From: Octopus sinensis
Taxonomy: Eukaryota
Assembly (NCBI RefSeq): GCF_006345805.1
Contig: NC_043020.1
Location: 13,144,001 to 13,208,000 of the forward strand
Length of the DNA stretch: 64,000 nt
Direction of reading: 5' to 3'
Shown: piece after piece, positions 59,123-64,000 of the stretch
How positions within the stretch are numbered: position 1 is the first letter of the stretch
Layout: every line of letters starts with the position of its first letter
Made by a program: the position numbers and the translations under genes
Notes under the pieces: model-generated
Database searches by the model: none
Told to the model about the DNA's origin: nothing
What the model saw: only the letters and a program-made list of their open reading frames with translations

Positions 59123-59419
59123 TTCTATGTCTGTGTTTGTCCCCCTAGCATTGCTTGACAACTGATGCTGGTGAGTTTACGTCCCCGTCACTTAGCGGTT
59201 CGGCAAAAGAGTCCGATAGAATAGTTACTGGGTTTACAAAGAATAAGTCCCGGGGTCGATTTGCTCGACTAAAGGTGGTGCTCCAGCATGGCCGCAGTCA
59301 AATGATGAAACAAGTAAAAGAAAGAAAGAAAGAATATATATATAGGGAGAGTGTGCATATGTATGTATGTGCGTTTGCATGTATGTATATATATTTATCT
59401 TTGTGTGTGCATATATGTG

Positions 59420-59490
<71 letters not shown>

Positions 59491-59770
59491 GGAGTGCAGG
59501 AGTGGCTGTGTGGTAAGTAGCTTGCTAACCAACCACATGGTTCCGGGTTCAGTCCCACTGCGTGGCATCTTGGGCAAGTGTCTTCTGCTATAGCCCCGGG
59601 CCGACCAATGCCTTGTGAGTGGATTTGGTAGACGGAAACTGAAAGAAGCCTGTCGTATATATATATATATATGTGTGTGTGTTTGTGTGTCTGTGTTTGT
59701 TGATTTGTTCGACTAGAGGCGGTGCTCCAGCATGGTCGCAGTCAAATGACTGAAACAAGTAAAAGAGAGA
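58350..59770 (+). mobile_element. Three tandem SINE-A copies; about 575-bp unit duplicated, third copy internally deleted
   Basis: Heads at about 58350, 58914 and 59494 with near-identical spacers. Confidence 0.9.
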
Positions 59771-60705
59771 GTAGTATCTACAGCTAAAAGTCTTTTAGTC
59801 TTTTGTGTGTGGAATATTCAGAAGTAAATTTGACTCAACAAAAGGTCAACTCTTACAAGAGGTGTCTGACTTAGTCTTGCACTTTACCATTTCAAGCAAC
59901 TTGCTGCCCTTAATTTTGTTTTTATATTCAAAAACAACCCCAAGACTGAAATGTGACAAAAACCTCCTATCACACGCACGTTTTCATATCTTTCTCAATT
60001 TCCGTTTTTTTGCTTTTACTTTTTGAATTTATTTAAAATAGGTTTATTTATTTATTTATAAATTTTTTTTTTAAATTCCCTTCCCTTTTCTCTTTGGTGT
60101 GAGATTCCTGATAAAAGTCACATCCTTGTTGCTTTAACTTTGATTTATCAACAGAAAATTTTTTTTTTTTCGAAAAAGTATGTTAAAATAACCAGAATCT
60201 CATATCGGGTATCTAATTCAGATTAACAGGCAATTTGATAATTAAATTTATGAATGAATTGGATGTGTAAAAGTTATAATTATCTTGTAATGATCTCTCA
60301 CAACATTTTCTTATTAAGTATCTGTTGGCTTGTAATATCTGCGAGATAGAACATGTCTTTAATGATGTCTCGCGGGAAGAAAAAGTAGGCTCTCTCATGA
60401 AATGGTACAATTACTGTCAGATTAAAGCAGTAAATTTGGAATTTATTGGACAAGAACCTTGATGTATTGTTGAAAATATTTTTGGCAACGAAATTTATAC
60501 TTTTTAAATATTGGTTTCAAATTTTGATACAAGACCAGAGGAGGGGCTTATGTCAATGACATTGAGTCCAATGCTCAACTGGTACTTATTCTTATCAACT
60601 CTCAAAGGATGAAAGGAAAAGTTGACCTCGGCAGAATTTAAACTCAGAATATAAAGATGGACAAAATGCATTTTGTCTGGCATGCCAACAGTTTTGCCAA
60701 CTTAT

Positions 60706-61190
60706 TTCTGTACTACCCACAAGGGGCTAAACACAGAGGGGACAAACAAGGACAGACAAAGGGATTAAGTCAATTAGATCGACCCCAGTGTGTAACTGGT
60801 ACTTAATTTATCGAAGAAGGCGGCGAGCTAGCAGAATCGTTAGCACGTCGGGTGAAATGCTTAGCGGTATTTCGGCTGCCGTTATGTTGTGAGTTCAAAT
60901 TCTGCCGAGGTCGACTTTGCCTTTCATCCTTTCGGGGTCGATAAATTAAGTACCAGATATGCACTGGGGGTCGATGTAATCGACTTAATACCTATGTCTG
61001 TCCATGTTTGTCCCCTCTATGTTTAGCCCCTTGTGGGTAATAAAGAAATAGGTACTTAATTTATCGACCCCAAAAGGATGAAAGGCAAAGTCGACCTTGG
61101 CGAAATTTGAACTCAGAACGTAGTGGCAGACAAAATACCGCTAAGCATTTCGCCCGGTGTGCTAACGTTTCTGCCTGCTCCCCGCCTTCA
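60706..61190. mobile_element. Plus-strand SINE-B (60815-61050) inserted into a minus-strand SINE-B
   Basis: 17-bp TSD GGTACTTAATTTATCGA at 60798-60814 and 61051-61067. Confidence 0.9.
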
Positions 61191-61501
61191 CAATTTTGCC
61201 AACTTGCTACCTTTATGTTGGTGTGTAAATATTGATTTCAAATTTTGGCACAAGGCCAGCAATTTTAGGAGAGGGGTTAAGTCGATGACATTGATGCCCA
61301 TGTTCAACTGGTACTTATTTTATCGACCCCATAGGATGAAAGGAAAAGTCGATCTCGGCAGAATTTGAACTCAGAATGTTAAGACAAACTGAATATCATA
61401 AGCACTTTTCCCAGTCTGCTAATGATTCTGCCATCTCACTGCCTTAATGATAACAATTATGGTTTCACACACACATACACACAAACATCATCATCATTTA
61501 A

Positions 61502-62135
61502 CCCTTTCATTACTGGATTTATTTTGAGATGCTCTCTCTCTCTTTTACTCTTTTACTTGTTTCAGTCATTTGACTGCGGCCATGCTGGAGCACCACCTTT
61601 AGTTGAGCAAATCGACCCCGGGGACTTATTCTTTGTAAGCCCAGTACTTATTCTATCGGTCTCTTTTGCCGAACCGCTAAGTGACGGGGACATAAACACA
61701 CCAGCATCGGTTGTCAAGCAATGCTAGGGGTACAAACACAGACACACAAACACACACACATATATATATATATACATATATACGACAGGCTTCTTTCAGT
61801 TTCCGTCTACCAAATCCACTCACAAGGCATTGGTCGGCCCGAGGCTATTAGCAGAAGACACTTGCCCAAGATGCCACGCAGTGGGACAGAACCCGGAACT
61901 ATGTGGTTGGTAAGCAAGCTACTTACCACACAGCCACTCCTGCACCTATGTGTTTCTTACAATTACTTTAAATGTAACAAAGAATTTAGTAAAATAACTT
62001 GGTTATCATTAAGCTGATGTTAGGAACATAAATTGCGACCAAGGTTTGGTGGAAGATTTTAATTCAAAACTTTTGAAAACAAGACATTAGTACTCAGAGC
62101 CAGAGCCGGTTTCAGCCGGGATGGTAATGAAAGGG
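61502..62135. mobile_element. MITE-G interrupted by SINE-A (61535-61948, minus)
   Basis: TTAA|CCCTTTCATTAC ... GTAATGAAAGGG|TTAA. Confidence 0.85.
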
Positions 62136-62384
62136 TTAATGCCTGTGCTCCATGCTGGGATGGGTTGGACAGTTTGACAGGATCTGACAAATGAGGGGCC
62201 TACATCATGGTCTGTTCCCTATTTTGGCATGGTTTCTACACACGATTAACTCAAAACACCATGAATTAGAAAGTATTAAATTTGACAGAGGAATCTGAAT
62301 GCTTCAGGGTTAAAGACTGAATTCTTCAAAATGAGATCTCTAGATGCAAAACACAAAAAGAAAACACACAATCTTACAGCAGTC

Positions 62385-63012
62385 TAGACGCAGGAGTGGC
62401 TGTGTGGTAAGTAGCTTGCTAACCAACCACATGGTTCCGGGTTCAGCCCCACTGCGTGGCATCTTGGGCAAGTGTCTTCTGCTATAGCCCCGGGCCGACC
62501 AATGCCTTGTGAGTGGATTTGGTAGACGGAAACTGAAAGAAGCCCGTCGTATATATGTATACATATATATATATATAATATATATATATTATATATATAT
62601 ATATATATATATGGCACAGGAGTGGCTGTTTGTGGTAAGTAGCTTGCTAACCAACCACATGGTTCCGGGTTTAGCCCCACTGCGTGGCATTTGGCAAGTG
62701 TCTTCTGCTATAGCCCCGGGCCGACCAATGCCTTGTGAGTGGATTTGGTAGACGGAAACTGAAAGAAGCCCGTCGTATATATGTATATATATATATATGT
62801 ATGTGTGTGTATGTGTTTGTGTGTCTGTGTTTGACAACCGATGCTGGTGTGTTTATGTCCCCGTCACTTAGCGGTTCGGCAAAAGAGACCGATAGAATAA
62901 GTACTGGGCTTACAAAGAATAAGTCCCGGGGTCAATTTGCTCGACTAAAGGCGGTGCTCCAGCATGGCCGCAGTCAAATGACTGAAACAAGTAAAAGAGT
63001 AAAAGCGTAAAG
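62385..63012 (+). mobile_element. SINE-A with duplicated 5' half
   Basis: Heads at about 62388 and 62613 separated by (TA)n; single 3' half. Confidence 0.9.
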
Positions 63013-63443
63013 AGAGTCTCTCTGACTCGATTGAATAGAATGGTCCCCCACCCCACCTCCGACAAAAACTGAAAGTAATTAAATGAAGATTATTATAGAG
63101 TATTTGATGTAAGTGATATGGTCTCAGACATGACCTGGTTTTGAACCATCAATAACACTTTCTCTCACCTATGTTGTTCTTTGTTGTTGTCTTCTAGTAA
63201 TGAAACAGACTTTCGAATATTCTAATGATTTTAACAGTTCTAATTAAGACCATAGAAGTGTTGGGTCTGTTTAATTAATTAGAAATATTTTAATATTAAA
63301 TCTGAATTAATTTTCTTTGTTTCTTCATTATGTTGCTTTGTGGGGAAAATTGAAATATTATTCTTTCTAAAGTTAATTTGATATATGTATATATATTTGT
63401 TTATCTATATCTACACACACATACACACACACACACACACACA

Positions 63444-63474
<31 letters not shown>

Positions 63475-63647
63475 CACGGCTATATGGTAAGAAACTTGCT
63501 TTCCCAACTATATGGTTCCAGGTTCAGCCCCACTGCATGGCACCTTGGTCTAGTGTCTTCTACTAAAGCTTTGGGCTGACCAAAGCTTGTGAGTGGATTT
63601 GGTAGACAGAGACTGAAAGAAAACCATCATGGAAGGCACACACATGC

Positions 63648-63690
<43 letters not shown>

Positions 63691-63830
63691 TGTCTTTGTG
63701 TTGCCTCCCACTACTGCTTGACAACAGGTGTTGGTGTGTTTACATCCCTGTAATTTAGCAGTTCAGCAAAAGAGATCAAAAGAATAACTGCCAGGCTTAA
63801 ACATATACTGGGGTTGATTCATTTGACTAA
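63475..63830 (+). mobile_element. SINE-A, old copy
   Basis: Diverged consensus match. Confidence 0.8.
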
Positions 63831-64000
63831 AAGGTCCCTCATGGACTGATTCCATAAACTATCATCAAGACATTTTAAAACCCTTAATTCACAACTGAAT
63901 TCTCCACCTGTTCAGTTCCAAAAGATAATCTACCTGATATCATCATCATCATTGCCATCAATTCTTGAGCATTTAAGCCATTCATATCCAGCCCCCAAAT

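Overview
Eukaryotic, AT-rich, very repeat-dense DNA that I read as intronic or intergenic sequence of an octopod cephalopod (Octopus-type). That assignment rests on recognising the dominant tRNA-headed SINE families and is not verified by search. I find no confident protein-coding gene, rRNA, true tRNA or CRISPR array. Nearly all ORFs in the track are microsatellite or SINE translations; the only protein-like ones are LINE remnants (CR1, RTE, possibly L1/Tx1). The window holds about 30 copies of SINE-A, about 25 of SINE-B, several SINE-C/D/E copies, RTE 3'-UTR and CR1 3'-end fragments, two TTAA-flanked piggyBac-type MITEs (G, H), Helitron/Helentron pieces, two Penelope-like fragments with a minimal hammerhead core, and many micro- and minisatellites. 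Family letters are my own working labels. The most interesting signals are: (1) SINE-B multimers that look like short tail insertions into resident copies with about 120-bp target duplication; (2) a hammerhead ribozyme whose intact consensus is rebuilt from two decayed copies; (3) a perfect head-to-tail Helitron dimer; (4) plus-strand AG|GTAAG motifs resembling recursive splice sites; (5) a GC-rich 19-bp minisatellite with higher-order structure; (6) an RFX X-box in a promoter-like island. Coordinates were read by eye; element ends are approximate (about 10 bp) unless a TSD is given.
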